Shown here: positions 21,371-32,374 of the stretch, piece by piece
Layout: each line of letters begins with the position of its first letter
Numbering within the stretch: the stretch's first letter is position 1
DNA from: an uncultured Holophagales bacterium
Lineage (GTDB): Bacteria > Acidobacteriota > Thermoanaerobaculia > Multivoradales > UBA5704
Assembly (NCBI GenBank): GCA_963842525.1
Contig: CAWJGT010000025.1
Location: 320,001-384,000, forward strand
DNA: 64,000 nucleotides
Direction of reading: 5' to 3'
Notes under the pieces: model-generated
What the model was told of the DNA's origin: nothing
Databases searched by the model: none
What the model saw: only the letters and a program-made list of their open reading frames with translations
Program-made: the position numbers and the translations under genes

Positions 21371-23897
21371 TCAAGGAGTGGAGCTCAATTTTTTGAGCTC
21401 GGCGCACCCTTGCTGATCCCCTCCCTTGCATGCTTTGTCATAGAGCTCGCCGGCCTTTGCCGGGCTTGCCGCCAGTCCTCCACTTCCAGCCAGGTACATA
21501 TCCCCGAGGGATTTGCAAGATTCCGCGTGATTTTTGTCGCAGGCTTTCCGGTAAAGCTCCACGGCCTTCGCCAGGTCGGCAGAAAGCCCGCCCTCGCCAG
21601 TTGCGTACACAAATCCGAGGATATCGCAGCCAGCCGCCCAGTCGCCGTCGCAGGCCCTCGTAAAAAGATCGACAGCCTTCGCCGGGTCGCTTGGTACTCC
21701 CCAGCCGAGCAGGTACATGGCTCCGAGCTCGGTGCAGCCAGCCGCCGAGCCATCGGCGCAAGCCGTGCGGTAAAGCTCCACAGCCTTCACTGGATCGACA
21801 GAGAGCCCGCCTTCGCCTTTTGCGTAGGAATCTCCGAGGTTATGACAGCCTTCTGCCATACCACCATCGCAGGCTTTCCGGTAGAGATCTACAGCCTTCA
21901 CCGGGTCGACAGAGAGCCCGCCACTGCCATTGTCGTACGAAATTCCGAGGTTATAGCAGCCTTCTGCCATGCCACCATCGCAGGCTTTCCGGTAGAGCTC
22001 TACAGCCTTCACTGGGTCGACAGTCAGCCCGCCCTTGCCGTTTGCGTACGAAATTCCGAGTTTATGACAGCCTTCTGCCATACCACCATCGCAGGCTTTC
22101 CGGTACAGCTCCACAGCCTTCACAGGGTCAACAGAGAGCCCGCCTTCGCCTTTTGCGTACAAAATTCCGAGGTTATAGCAGCCTTCTGCGTGACCACCGT
22201 CGCAGGCTTTCCGGTAGAGCTTCCACAGCCTTCACTGGGTCGACAGAGAGCCCGCCTTCGCCTTCCGCGTACAACAAATTGCCGAGGGCATAGCAGCTAG
22301 GCGCCCAGCCGCCTTCGCAAGCCTTGCGGTAGGGCTCCACGGCCTTCGCCAGATCGACAGGCAGCCCTACCCCGCCAGTTGCGTACGAATTTCCGAGATT
22401 ATGGCAGCCAGCCGCCAAGCCGCCCTCGCAAGCTTTGCGGTAGAGCTCCGCGGCCTTCACCGGGTCGGCAGGCCGCCCGCCTTCGCCTTTTGCGTACAAA
22501 GCTCCGAGATTCGAGCAGCCAGCCGCCCAGCCGCCTTCGCAAGCCTTGCGATAGAGCTCCACGGCCTTCGCCGGGTCGGCAGCCAGCCCGCCCTCGCCTT
22601 TTTCGTACAAAGTTCCGAGATTTGAGCAGCCAGCCGCCAAGCCGCCTTCGCAAGCCTTGCGGTTGAGCTCCACGACCTTCGCTGGGTCGGCAGCCAGCCC
22701 GCCCGTGCCCTCCCAGTACATGACTCCGAGGTTATAGCAGCCTTCTGCCTGACCACCGTCGCAGGCTTTCCGGTAGAGCTCCACAGCCTTCGCCGGGTCG
22801 CTTGGTACTCCCTTGCCGAGCAGGTACCTGGCTCCGAGCTCGGCGCAGCCAGCCGCCGAGCCATCGTCGCAAGCCTTGCGGTAGAGCTCCACAGCCTTCA
22901 CCGGATCGGCAGCCAGCCCGCCCTTGCCTTTTGCATACGAATGCCCGAGGCTAGTGCAACCTTCTGCCATACCGCCGTCGCAGGCTTTCCGATAGAGCTC
23001 CGCAGCCTTTGCCGGGTCGACAGGCAGCCCGCCCATGCCTTTTGCGTACGAACCTCCGAGGTTATAGCAGCCTTCTGCCGTACCGCCGTCGCAGGCTTTC
23101 CGGTGAAGCTCCACGGCCTTCACCGGGTCAGCAGGCAACCCGCCCTCGCCTTTTGCGTAATAAACCCCGAGCATGGCGCAGCTCGTCGCCCAGCCGCCGT
23201 CGCAGGCTTTCCGGTGAAGCTCCACAGCCTTCACCGGGTCAGCAGGCAGCCCGCCCTCGCCGTCTGCGTACATATATGCGAGCTTCGAGCAGCCAGTCGC
23301 CAAGCCGTCGTCGCAAGCCCTGCGGAAGAGCTCCACGGCCTTCGCCGGGTCGGCGGGCAGCCCGCCCTTGCCTTTTGTGTACCAAAGACCGAGGTTATAG
23401 CAGCCAGCCGCGACGTCACCGTCGCAAGCCTTGCGGAAGAGCTCCACAGCCTTCACCGGGTCGACAGGCAGCCCGCCGTTGCCGTTTGCGTACAAATTTC
23501 CGAGGCTAAAGCAGCCAAGCGCCAAGCCGCCGTCGCAAGCCTTGCGGTAGAGCTCCGCGGCTTTCGCCAAGTCGACAGGCAGCCCACCCTCGCCCTCTGA
23601 GTACATAACTCCGAGATCATGGCAGCTTGGTGCCTGACCACCGTCGCAGGCTTTCCGGTAGAGCTCCACGGTCTTCGCCGGGTCGGCAGTCAACCCACCC
23701 ATGCCTTGTAAGTACATGGTTCCGAGATTCGCGCAGCCTTCCGCATCGCCCTCCTCGCAAGCTTTCTTGAAAAGCTCCACGGCGTTCTCGGGAAGCTGCT
23801 CAATCCCCTCTTGGCCAGGCGTCTCAGCCGCAACACCTCGACTTACCCCGACGGCTGAAAGCAACAGCAACACAAGGCAGGGTAGCCGCACTCTCAT
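21371..23897 (-). CDS. Secreted Sel1-like (Hcp-type, Cys-paired) repeat protein, ~21 repeats; one extra base at ~22221
   Basis: Signal peptide, then mostly 37-aa units AxGCxxLGxxYxxGxGGLxxDPxKAVELYRKACDGG. The two track ORFs join by removing one base (gtg gaa gct vs gtg gag ctc). Confidence 0.88.
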
Positions 23898-24310
23898 TTC
23901 GTCTTCCTCTTCAGGCTCAACGTCAGGGCTACTCCGCCCAGCAAGGCACAGACCGCGCCAACGGCGCCTACCGTCGCCGGCCGGGTGGCCAGCGGATGAT
24001 AGAGGCCGGGGAACACGGCTCGGAAGCCCAGGTCGAGGATCTCGTGGTGCCGCCGCTCCAGGAGCGCGAAGCCGCCGAGGGCGACGGCAGCCAGCAGCGC
24101 CATGGCGCCGATCAGGCGCGGTCCCGGCCAGCCTTGCTGCAGGCCTTGCCGCAGCAGCACCACCCAGCAGACGGCCGCGGCGAGCGCCCAGGCCACGAAG
24201 ATGAGACGGTCGGCGAGCGCGCTGTAGAGGAAACCCAGGACCAGGATCGGCAGCAGCCCGGCGAGCAGGCCGCCGTACCAGGCACGGAGCAGAGATCGCT
24301 CCTCGCTCAC
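23894..24310 (-). CDS. Hypothetical membrane protein (~4 TM)
   Basis: GTG start overlapping the AtuA-family gene's stop. Hydrophobic segments throughout. Confidence 0.7.
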   Translation of the reverse strand: MSEERSLLRAWYGGLLAGLLPILVLGFLYSALADRLIFVAWALAAAVCWVVLLRQGLQQGWPGPRLIGAMALLAAVALGGFALLERRHHEILDLGFRAVFPGLYHPLATRPATVGAVGAVCALLGGVALTLSLKRKTK

Positions 24311-25674
24311 ACCTCCTCCACCGTGACCTCGATCCGGCCCTCGACCTCCTCGCGGGCGAGCAGCGCGGGCCAGTAGGCCATGACCTCCTGCGGCTTGGGC
24401 CGGCCGCCCGCGAAACCGGTCACGCCGGGCGGGCCGGCGGTGATCAGCGGCGCGATCTCCATGCCAAAGCGCTCCACCCGCTGAGGGTCGGGATCGCGCA
24501 CGCCGAGGCGGAGGACCACCTCGGGCGGCTCGTCCGCCGCCGGCAAGATGCCGGGCAGGCAGGCGCCGGTGCCGAGCAGCTCCTCCGACCGGTGCTCCGG
24601 GTCGAAGCTGACCCCGGCCCGCTCCAGCCGCTTCCAGACCACCTCGGCGGCGAGCTTCGCCTTGTCGACGGCACGCGGACCGGAGACCGTGATCTGGCCG
24701 CTCGACTTGTAGCCGGCGAGATAGGAGCCTGAGACCTTGAGGAACGGCGTGCGCGGCTTGCCCTGGATGCCCGAGACCTCGACCCGGTCCTTGCCGTCCT
24801 GCCGCAGGCGGATCGAGGTGAAGTCGGCGGTCACGTCCGGAGTGAGGTACCCCGCGGGGTCGCCCATCTCGTAGAGGAGCTGCTCGGAGACGGTGTCGAC
24901 CGTCACCATGCCGCCTGTCCCCGTGTGCTTGGTGACCGTGAAGGTGCCGTCCGCGCGGGCCTCGACGATGGGATAGCCAGCGTTCCAGAGGTCGGGGACC
25001 TCCCACCAGCGGCTGAAGTTGCCGCCCGTGCACTGGGCGCCGCATTCGATGATGTGACCGGCGATCGTGCCGGCGGCCAGGCAGTTCCAGTCGTCCTCGG
25101 CCCAGCCGAATTCGTGGATCATGGGAGCGAGGGCGAGCGCCGTGTCCGTAATCCGGCCACAGAGGACGATGTGCGCCCCCTGCCGCAGGGCCTCCACCAC
25201 CGGCCGCGCCCCGAGGTAGGCATTGGCGCTCATGACCCGGTCGACGTGCGCCGCGATGGGCTCGCCGGTGTCCATGTTCTTCAGCTCGTGCCCGGCTGCC
25301 ACCAGGTCGCGCAGCCGGGGGAAGAGGTCGTCCCCCTCCACGACGCCCACGCGCAGGCCCTGGACCCCAAGCTCCTTGGCCACCTCGAAGATCCGCTCGC
25401 GGCAGGCCCGCGGGTTCAGGCCGCCGGCGTTGGCCAGGATGCGCACATTGCGCTCGCGGATCTCGGGCAGCACCCGGCGGACGAAGCCGATGAAGTCCGT
25501 GGCATAGCCCAGGCGCGGGTCCTTGAGCTTCTGCCGCATCATGATCGAGAGGGTGACCTCGGCCAGGTAGTCCATGCCGATGTAGTCGATCGGCCCGCCG
25601 CGGAGCAGCTCCACCGGCGCATCGACGTTGTCGCCCCAGAACCCCTGGCCGTTCCCGATCCGGATCGTCTTCAT
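24307..25674 (-). CDS. Acyclic terpene utilization AtuA family protein
   Basis: IRIGNGQGFWGD, DYLAEVT, NAGGLNP, SANAYLGA, GHIIECGAQCTGGNF, EQLLYEMGDP. Confidence 0.92.
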   Translation of the reverse strand: MKTIRIGNGQGFWGDNVDAPVELLRGGPIDYIGMDYLAEVTLSIMMRQKLKDPRLGYATDFIGFVRRVLPEIRERNVRILANAGGLNPRACRERIFEVAKELGVQGLRVGVVEGDDLFPRLRDLVAAGHELKNMDTGEPIAAHVDRVMSANAYLGARPVVEALRQGAHIVLCGRITDTALALAPMIHEFGWAEDDWNCLAAGTIAGHIIECGAQCTGGNFSRWWEVPDLWNAGYPIVEARADGTFTVTKHTGTGGMVTVDTVSEQLLYEMGDPAGYLTPDVTADFTSIRLRQDGKDRVEVSGIQGKPRTPFLKVSGSYLAGYKSSGQITVSGPRAVDKAKLAAEVVWKRLERAGVSFDPEHRSEELLGTGACLPGILPAADEPPEVVLRLGVRDPDPQRVERFGMEIAPLITAGPPGVTGFAGGRPKPQEVMAYWPALLAREEVEGRIEVTVEEV

Positions 25675-25761
25675 AGGCCGGGGAAGCCTAGCACGACGGC
25701 CGGAGGTCGGGATTTTGCATACAAAAGAATGCGGACCATGGACATGGAGGAGGGACGCGAC

Positions 25762-26235
25762 ATGGCAACTGAGACGATGGAACGCACCGAAACCCGGTCG
25801 GGAAACATCAGCCAGGAAGAGTTCCTGGAGGGGCTGAACGTCGACCTGGCCCACGAATATGGGGCGGTTATCGCCTATCGGACCTACGCCAGCCAGGTGC
25901 AGGGGCAGTGGCGGATGGAGCTGCGGCAATTCTTCGAGGCCGAGATCCCGGACGAGCTCGGGCACGCCCAGATTCTCGCCGACAAGATCGTCGCCCTGGG
26001 AGGCACCCCGACCACCCAGGCCGCGCCGGTCAAGCAGGGCCGGGACGCCAGGGAGATGCTGAGGAACGCTCTTGAGGACGAGATCGAGACGATCGACCGC
26101 TACGTCAAGCGCCGCAAGCAGGCCGAGTCCCTCGGCCACTACGGCCTGGCCGTGGAGTTCGACGACCTGATCCGCGACGAGACCACCCACCGCGACGAGA
26201 TCCAGATGATCCTCAAGAGGTGGGACACGGGGTAG
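25762..26235 (+). CDS. Ferritin-like (bacterioferritin-type) protein
   Basis: DLAHEYGAVIAY, DELGHA, LGGTP, EIETIDRY, DETTH di-iron ligands. Confidence 0.85.
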   Translation: MATETMERTETRSGNISQEEFLEGLNVDLAHEYGAVIAYRTYASQVQGQWRMELRQFFEAEIPDELGHAQILADKIVALGGTPTTQAAPVKQGRDAREMLRNALEDEIETIDRYVKRRKQAESLGHYGLAVEFDDLIRDETTHRDEIQMILKRWDTG

Positions 26236-26265
26236 ACGCGAGCCCACCAGAGAGGACGGACCTCC

Positions 26266-26637
26266 AGGACGGACAGTTGGCCCTGATCCACGGACGGTTC
26301 ACCCTGCAGGTCGGACAGTCCCGTCTGGAGGTCGGACGGTCTGTTCCACAGGTCGGACAGTTGTTGGTGCGGGTCGGACAGTTCACGGAGCAGGTCGGAC
26401 AGTGGCTGCTGCAGCACGGACAGTTCACGGTCCGGGTCGGACAGTCTCTCCTGGAGCGTCAACCGTCCGACCTGGAGCAGTCGCGGCGCACGAGCCAGGG
26501 CCGACCGTCCGTCCTGCAACGGTGGACCGCGCGAGACCGGCGTCAACCGTCCGTCCTGGACCTGTGGACAGCGCCAAATCGGGACAGACCGTCCGTTCAG
26601 CTCCGGTAGGCAGCGCCAGACCAGGCTCAACCGGCCA
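26266..26637. repeat. Phased array: nine CGGACRGT cores every 21 bp, then inverted ACCGTCCG cores every 42 bp
   Basis: Cores at 26270, 26291, 26312, 26333, 26354, 26375, 26396, 26417 and 26438. Reverse-complement cores at 26462, 26504, 26546, 26588, plus a degenerate one at 26630. Confidence 0.9.
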
Positions 26638-26667
26638 TGGATCGGCCAACTTTGCGCCGGAGGGAAT

Positions 26668-26786
26668 CCTGGGAGCGCCGGCGTCCCGCCGGCCCGGAGC
26701 CCGGGGAGATGCGCAGCACCCTTTCGACCGCCATCTTTGCGAGCCCGGAGGGCGACATTCGGTAGCCCAGGGTGTGAACCCTGGGC
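26668..26786. repeat. Two further REP-like palindromic units
   Basis: ctgggagcgccggcgtcccgccggc and gcccggagggcgaca...tagcccagggtgtgaaccctggg hairpins. Each is single-copy here, so repeat status is inferred. Confidence 0.5.
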
Positions 26787-27178
26787 GAGCGGGCCTGAGG
26801 CTGAGGTGCTACGCCCCGCGGATCTTCGCAATCAACCCGCGAGTCCTACTCAATCATCTCCGTCGCACTCTCCCCATAGCTCTCGAATCCCCGTAGCGCC
26901 GCCTCGGCGTACTCCAAGGCATCCGGGGCGCAGGCGGGTGCTTTTGTTGAGGGTGGGTGCACCTCCACGCATCTGGGTACTTGCGAAGTTACCCCCATGG
27001 CACTGTAGACAACCCGCGGGTGAAGTGGTAGTGTCTGTCCCGCTTATCGACCCAACTGGTCCACAGACGAAGCTGCCGTAGCCTCGAAGGCGTTCGACCC
27101 TTCGCGTCAACCGCTGAAGGCCCTGGCAGAGACAGGCTGGGAGCGGCCCCCGAACGGCCGTAAAGGGAGAGACGAAAG

Positions 27179-27550
27179 TTGAGCTCGAAGAAGATTCTGC
27201 TCGTTGACGACTCGAGCACCATGCTGATGTTGGAGCAGATGGTCCTTAGCAGCGGCGGGTATCAGCTCATCACCGCCAAGGACGGCGAAGCCGCGGTCCA
27301 GGCCGCGCTGACACACACGCCCGACCTGATCCTCCTGGACGTGGTCATGCCCAAGATGGACGGGTTCGAGGTCTGCCGCCGCCTGCGCGACAGCGAGCCG
27401 ACCCGCACCACGCCCATCATCATGGTCACCACCCGGGGCGAGGAATCCCATGTCGAGAAGGGGTTCCAGAGCGGCTGCAACGACTATGTCGTCAAGCCCC
27501 TCGACCCGATAGTGCTGCTGAGCAAGATCAAGAATCTGCTGGGCGATTAG
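27179..27550 (+). CDS. Single-domain response regulator (CheY-like)
   Basis: ILLVDDS, PDLILLDVVMPKMDG, IIMVT, YVVKP. TTG start after RBS gggaga. Confidence 0.9.
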   Translation: MSSKKILLVDDSSTMLMLEQMVLSSGGYQLITAKDGEAAVQAALTHTPDLILLDVVMPKMDGFEVCRRLRDSEPTRTTPIIMVTTRGEESHVEKGFQSGCNDYVVKPLDPIVLLSKIKNLLGD

Positions 27551-27565
27551 GAGGCGCACGGAGCC

Positions 27566-28369
27566 ATGACCACGAAGAAGGACGGCGAGGGGCAGGGAAG
27601 CTACATCCTCAAGGTCCGCGAGGACACGCGGCGGTACGTGCAGGACCTCCTGAACGAGAACGAGAAGCTGCGCCGGCTGGTGGCCTCTCTGGAGTCCGAG
27701 AAGGGCCGCCTCCTGAGCGAGAAGATGACGCTGCAGGAGAAGCTCCTGGCGCTGCGCGAGGAGCTCGACCGCATCTACCACGAGCAGAGCGAGCTGCGGC
27801 GCCAGCTCGCCGAGATCGAGGCTGCCAATCAGCAGTACTCCCACCAGTACTTCGAGGTGGAGCAGCAGAACAACAACCTGGCCAACCTCTATGTGGCCAG
27901 CTATCAGCTCCACAGCACTCTCGACCGCGGCGAGGTGCTGGCGGCCGTCAAGGAGATCATCATCAACCTGATCGGCTCCGAGGAGCTGGCGATCTACGAG
28001 ATGGACTCCGACGGGACCGCCCTGCGCCTGATCGGCTCGTTCGGGATCGACCCGATCGTCTATGCCACGGTCCCGCTCGGCTCTGGGATCATCGGCAAGA
28101 CCGCCATGACCGGCGACATCTTCCTCCCCGGCAAGGGGCTCGACCTGTCGCGCACGCCGCGCGAGGCGAACCTCACGGCCTGCGTCCCCCTGAGGCTGGA
28201 GGGCAAGGTGTCGGGGGCGCTCGCGATCTTCCGTCTCCTGCCCCAGAAGAGCGCTCTCGAAGCCGTCGACTACGAGCTCTTCAACCTTCTCGCGAGCCAT
28301 GCCGCGACGGCACTGTATGTGACGCGGCTGCACAGCGAGAGGATCCCCGGAATGACGCAGGCGTCGTGA
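27566..28369 (+). CDS. Coiled-coil + GAF domain protein
   Basis: Long heptad N-terminus, then LHSTLD..EVL, GSGIIG, ACVPL...V.GALAI (GAF). Confidence 0.8.
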   Translation: MTTKKDGEGQGSYILKVREDTRRYVQDLLNENEKLRRLVASLESEKGRLLSEKMTLQEKLLALREELDRIYHEQSELRRQLAEIEAANQQYSHQYFEVEQQNNNLANLYVASYQLHSTLDRGEVLAAVKEIIINLIGSEELAIYEMDSDGTALRLIGSFGIDPIVYATVPLGSGIIGKTAMTGDIFLPGKGLDLSRTPREANLTACVPLRLEGKVSGALAIFRLLPQKSALEAVDYELFNLLASHAATALYVTRLHSERIPGMTQAS

Positions 28370-28893
28370 TGTTGGCCGAGAGGCGGAAGGCCGGACAGGG
28401 CCGCGGCGCGGACAAGGCGGAGCTTGGAGCGGACGAGAAGGAACGCAAGACCGCCTATCTCTTCGCCGGTCAGCTCTACCTGTCCACCGAGCCCAGCCAG
28501 GTCACGACGATCCTGGGCTCCTGCGTCGCCGCCTGTGTCTGGGATCCCGCCGAAGGCATCGGCGGGCTCACGCACTTCCTGCTCCCCGCGGGACCCGACA
28601 AGGGCCCCACGTCGCCGAAGTTCGGCAACACCGCCATCTCCACGCTCCTCGCCGGGCTGGTGCGCCTGGGCGCCCGCCACGAACGCCTGCTGTCCAAGGT
28701 CTTCGGCGGCGCGTGCGTGCTGGAGCCGATGCGGGAGCGCAGCCGCCACCTGGGGCTGCAGAACGTGGAGATCGCCCTCCGTCTGCTCGGAGAGCGCAGC
28801 ATTCCGGTCCTGGCCCAGGACGTTGGCGGCGAGCGCGGGCGCAAGCTCATCTTCCACACGGACACCGGCGGAAGCTGGATCCGGCGGCTCTAG
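28366..28893 (+). CDS. cheD: Chemoreceptor glutamine deamidase CheD
   Basis: TTILGSCVAAC, GGLTHFLLP, KVFGGA, DVGGERGRKL. Confidence 0.92.
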   Translation: MMLAERRKAGQGRGADKAELGADEKERKTAYLFAGQLYLSTEPSQVTTILGSCVAACVWDPAEGIGGLTHFLLPAGPDKGPTSPKFGNTAISTLLAGLVRLGARHERLLSKVFGGACVLEPMRERSRHLGLQNVEIALRLLGERSIPVLAQDVGGERGRKLIFHTDTGGSWIRRL

Positions 28894-28916
28894 CCGACCC
28901 CTGCGGAGAGCGCGCC

Positions 28917-30578
28917 GTGCTCGACTACGACCTCCTGTTCCAGACCTTCTTCGGGGAATCCAACGAGCGTCTTCTCGAGATGGAGGAGGCCGTGCTGGCC
29001 CTCGAAACGCACTCCGACGACCCCGAGCTGGTGGCCACGATCTTCCGCAACGCCCACACGCTCAAGGGGAACGCCGCGGCGCTCGGGTTCGACACCCTGG
29101 CGGCCTTCTGCCACGAGCTGGAGAGCGCCCTGGACCGCCTGCGCGCCGGTGAGGCGCTGGTGACGCCGCGCGTGGTCGCGCTCCTGCTCCGGTCGGTCGA
29201 CGTGCTGCGCCGGATGCTGCGCGAGGGCGAGTCCACGGGCCAGATGACCGAGGAGGCGCCCGCGGACCTGATGGCCGCCCTGAGCGGTTCGCTGCAGGAC
29301 GCCGGGAGCCCTCTCGCCGCGGCGGAGACCGGTGGGGGGTCGGGGGACGGAGCCGGCGGCGCGCCCGGCACGGCCGCGGCCGGGAGCGGACGGCGGTCCG
29401 CGCGCACGTTGCGCGTCGGCCTGCGCAAGCTCGACCAGCTCCTCGACCTGATGGGAGAGTTCACCGTGGCCCGCGGCCGCATGGCCGAGGCGCTCGAGCA
29501 CCCGGACACCCGGCGCAACGATTTCCAGGAGATCTTCTCCGGGATCGACGCGCTCTTCCTGCAGCTCCGCGAGCTGGTGATGGAGCTGCGCATGGTGCAG
29601 GTGGGGCCGCTCTTCCGCCAGCAGACCCGCGTCGTGCACGACCTCGCCCAGGCGCAGGGCAAGGTTGTCCAGCTCGTCCTCGAAGGCGAAGAGGCGGAGG
29701 TCGACGCCACGGTCATCGAGAGCCTGCGCGATCCGATCACCCATCTCGTGCGCAACGGGATCGACCACGGGATCGAGCCGCCGGCCGAGCGCTGGGCGCG
29801 CGGCAAGGACCCGCAGGGCCGGATCACGCTGCGGGCCTACCATTCGGCCGGCAGCATCGTGGTCGAGGTCTCCGACGACGGCGCCGGGCTGGACCGCGCG
29901 CGGATCCTCGAGCGGGCGCGCCGGCTGCCGGGGATCGAGGAGCCCGACAAGCTGGCCGACCCGGATCTTTTCCGCCTGGTCTTCGAGCCGGGCTTCTCCA
30001 CGGCGGGCGCGGTGACCGACATCTCGGGCCGCGGCGTGGGGCTCGACGTGGTGCGGCGCAACGTCGAGGCGTTGCGCGGCTCGGTGTCGGTCCAGGGGAC
30101 GCCCGGCCGCGGCGCCACGTTCAGCCTGCGCATGCCGCTCACCATCGCCATCATCGACGGCCTGCTGGTGAACGCGGGCGGCGAGAGCTTCGTCATCCCG
30201 CTGGAGAGCATCGTCGAGTGCGTCGACATGCCGCACGGGGAGCGGCCCGAGGGGCACTCCTCGGGTGTGATCGACCTGCGCGGCGCGCCGCTGCCGTATC
30301 TGCGCCTGCGCGAGCTGTTCGAGCTCGGTGAGGCGACTGAGCGCAATGGGCGGACGCGAGAGAACGTCGTGATCGTCGAGAGCGACGGCAGCCTGGCGGG
30401 GCTCGCCGTGGACGCTCTCCTTGGCAAGAGTCAGACCGTGATCAAACCCCTGGGGAAGATCTTCCAGGGGGTGCAGGGACTCTCGGGCTCGGCGGTGCTG
30501 GGCAATGGCCGGGTGGCGCTGATCCTGGACGTGCCGGCCCTGCTGCGCGAGGCGGTCCGCCGCGAAGCGCGCGCCTAA
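28917..30578 (+). CDS. cheA: Chemotaxis histidine kinase CheA (no obvious P2 domain)
   Basis: [10 protein letters not shown] (HPt), [34 protein letters not shown]-terminal CheW-like domain. GTG start at 28917. Confidence 0.93.
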   Translation: MLDYDLLFQTFFGESNERLLEMEEAVLALETHSDDPELVATIFRNAHTLKGNAAALGFDTLAAFCHELESALDRLRAGEALVTPRVVALLLRSVDVLRRMLREGESTGQMTEEAPADLMAALSGSLQDAGSPLAAAETGGGSGDGAGGAPGTAAAGSGRRSARTLRVGLRKLDQLLDLMGEFTVARGRMAEALEHPDTRRNDFQEIFSGIDALFLQLRELVMELRMVQVGPLFRQQTRVVHDLAQAQGKVVQLVLEGEEAEVDATVIESLRDPITHLVRNGIDHGIEPPAERWARGKDPQGRITLRAYHSAGSIVVEVSDDGAGLDRARILERARRLPGIEEPDKLADPDLFRLVFEPGFSTAGAVTDISGRGVGLDVVRRNVEALRGSVSVQGTPGRGATFSLRMPLTIAIIDGLLVNAGGESFVIPLESIVECVDMPHGERPEGHSSGVIDLRGAPLPYLRLRELFELGEATERNGRTRENVVIVESDGSLAGLAVDALLGKSQTVIKPLGKIFQGVQGLSGSAVLGNGRVALILDVPALLREAVRREARA

Positions 30579-30601
30579 CCGGGGTTCGAAGGAGGAGATC
30601 G

Positions 30602-32365
30602 ATGTTCAAGGACATGAAAATCGGGCGCCGGCTGGCGCTTGCCCTCTGGCTGCTGGTCTTCCTGGTCGTCGCCATGGCCGGAGCCGGCTTCTGGGGGGTG
30701 CAGAACGCGTCGAACGCCATGCTGGACATCCTCCGCAACGACCTGCGGCTGGCCAAGGGGTTTGCCGGGGTCCAGCTCATCTCGCTCCACCTGCAGAACA
30801 CCGAGCAGAGGCTGATCCTGAACGTCGCCTCCCCCGAGGAGAGGGACAAAATCGCCGAGGAGTGGACGAAGACCCGCAAGCAACTGGGGGGCGCCCTCGA
30901 CCTGGTCAGCAAGGACGCGAGGCAGGGCGAGGACATCGCCGCGATCCGCGACCTGCGCAACCTGGTCAACGATTACGAGACGGAATTCCAGGGCCTGCTC
31001 CGGCAGGTCCGGAGCGGACAGGTCGCGACGCCGCGCGCGGCCATGGACGCGATGCGGGCGGGCGATGCGCACCTGAAGGCGCTCATGGACAGGACGGCGA
31101 CGATCTCCAAGGACTACGCCAAGCGGATGGATCGGGCCGAGCCGGAGGTCGCCGCGCAGGTCAAGAGCGTCCTCCTGATCCTGTCGGTGCTGGTGGTCAT
31201 CGCCCTGGTGCTCGCCGCCACGATCTCCCTGCTGCTTGCGCGCAGCATCACCCGTCCCATCCTGCAAGTCGTGCGGATCGCCGAGCGGCTGTCCACGGGC
31301 GACACGAGCGACGAGATCGAGGTGGACCGCCAGGACGAGGCGGGCCTGATGCTGGCGTCCATGCGCGACATGATCCGTTCGCAGCGCGAGATGGCGGACG
31401 TGGCCGAGAAGCTCGCCAGCGGCGAGCTGGCGGCGAGCGTGCGTCCGCGCTCGGAGCACGACGTGCTCGGCCGCGCGCTCGCCGCCATGGTCGAGCGCCT
31501 GACGCAGCTCATCCGCGAGCTGCGTTCAGGCGCCTCGGCGGTCTCAGCCGCCTCCGGCCAGGTCTCGGCCACGGCGCAGAGCCTGGCCCAGGGGACGAGC
31601 GAGCAGGCGGCGGCCCTGGAGGAGACCACCTCCAGCCTGGAGGAGATGACCGCCTCGATCACCCAGAACGCGGAGAACAGCCGCAAGATGCAGCACATGG
31701 CCCGCCGCGGCGCCTCCGATGCCGACGAGAGCGGGCGCACGGTGCGCGAGTCGGTCAGCGCCATGAAGACCATCGCGCAGCGCATCTCGATCATCGAGGA
31801 GATCGCCTACCAGACCAACCTGCTGGCGCTCAACGCCGCCATCGAGGCGGCGCGGGCGGGTGAGCACGGGCGCGGCTTCGCGGTGGTCGCCACCGAGGTC
31901 CGCAAGCTCTCCGAGCGCAGCCAGGCCGCGGCGCAGGAGATCGGCGAGCTCGCCGGCTCCACCATGCAGGTGGCCGAGCACTCCGGCAAGCTGCTGGGCG
32001 ACCTCGTGCCGACCATCCGCGAGACCGCCGAGCTGGTCCAGGAGGTCACCGCGGCCTCGGACGAGCAGGCCGCCGGCGTCGGCCTGGTCAACCGCGCCAT
32101 GAGCGAGGTCGATCTCGTGGCCCAGCGCAACGCCTCGGCGGCGGAGGAGCTGTCGGCCGCGGCCGAGGAGCTGTCGTCCCAGGCCGAGGCCCTGAAGGAT
32201 CTCATCGCGTACTTCCGCGTCGACGGCGATGCGCCGCTGCCGCTCCGGCACGATGCCGTGATCGCTCCGTTCCCGACCGCGGCGCGCATGCCGGCGCCCA
32301 CCGCGCGCCGCTTCCGGGGCGCGGCCCATGGCGGACCGGGAGAGGCGGAGTTCACTCCTTTCTGA
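30602..32365 (+). CDS. Methyl-accepting chemotaxis protein (2 TM, periplasmic helical bundle, HAMP)
   Basis: [37 protein letters not shown]-terminal pentapeptide-like EFTPF. Confidence 0.95.
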   Translation: MFKDMKIGRRLALALWLLVFLVVAMAGAGFWGVQNASNAMLDILRNDLRLAKGFAGVQLISLHLQNTEQRLILNVASPEERDKIAEEWTKTRKQLGGALDLVSKDARQGEDIAAIRDLRNLVNDYETEFQGLLRQVRSGQVATPRAAMDAMRAGDAHLKALMDRTATISKDYAKRMDRAEPEVAAQVKSVLLILSVLVVIALVLAATISLLLARSITRPILQVVRIAERLSTGDTSDEIEVDRQDEAGLMLASMRDMIRSQREMADVAEKLASGELAASVRPRSEHDVLGRALAAMVERLTQLIRELRSGASAVSAASGQVSATAQSLAQGTSEQAAALEETTSSLEEMTASITQNAENSRKMQHMARRGASDADESGRTVRESVSAMKTIAQRISIIEEIAYQTNLLALNAAIEAARAGEHGRGFAVVATEVRKLSERSQAAAQEIGELAGSTMQVAEHSGKLLGDLVPTIRETAELVQEVTAASDEQAAGVGLVNRAMSEVDLVAQRNASAAEELSAAAEELSSQAEALKDLIAYFRVDGDAPLPLRHDAVIAPFPTAARMPAPTARRFRGAAHGGPGEAEFTPF

Positions 32366-32374
32366 GGTAGCGCG

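Noticed and set aside
21371-23897. Diversity-generating retroelement target
   Set aside because: No reverse transcriptase or template repeat is present, and the variation is not adenine-specific.
26266-26637. CRISPR array
   Set aside because: The 12-bp conserved part and 9-bp variable part are far below CRISPR repeat and spacer sizes, the orientation flips midway, and there are no cas genes.
26850-27178. Riboswitch (c-di-GMP or other) in the leader of the chemosensory operon
   Set aside because: Some hairpin potential (ccgct...agcgg), but I could not match GEMM-I/II or any other consensus by eye. An Rfam/Infernal search would decide.
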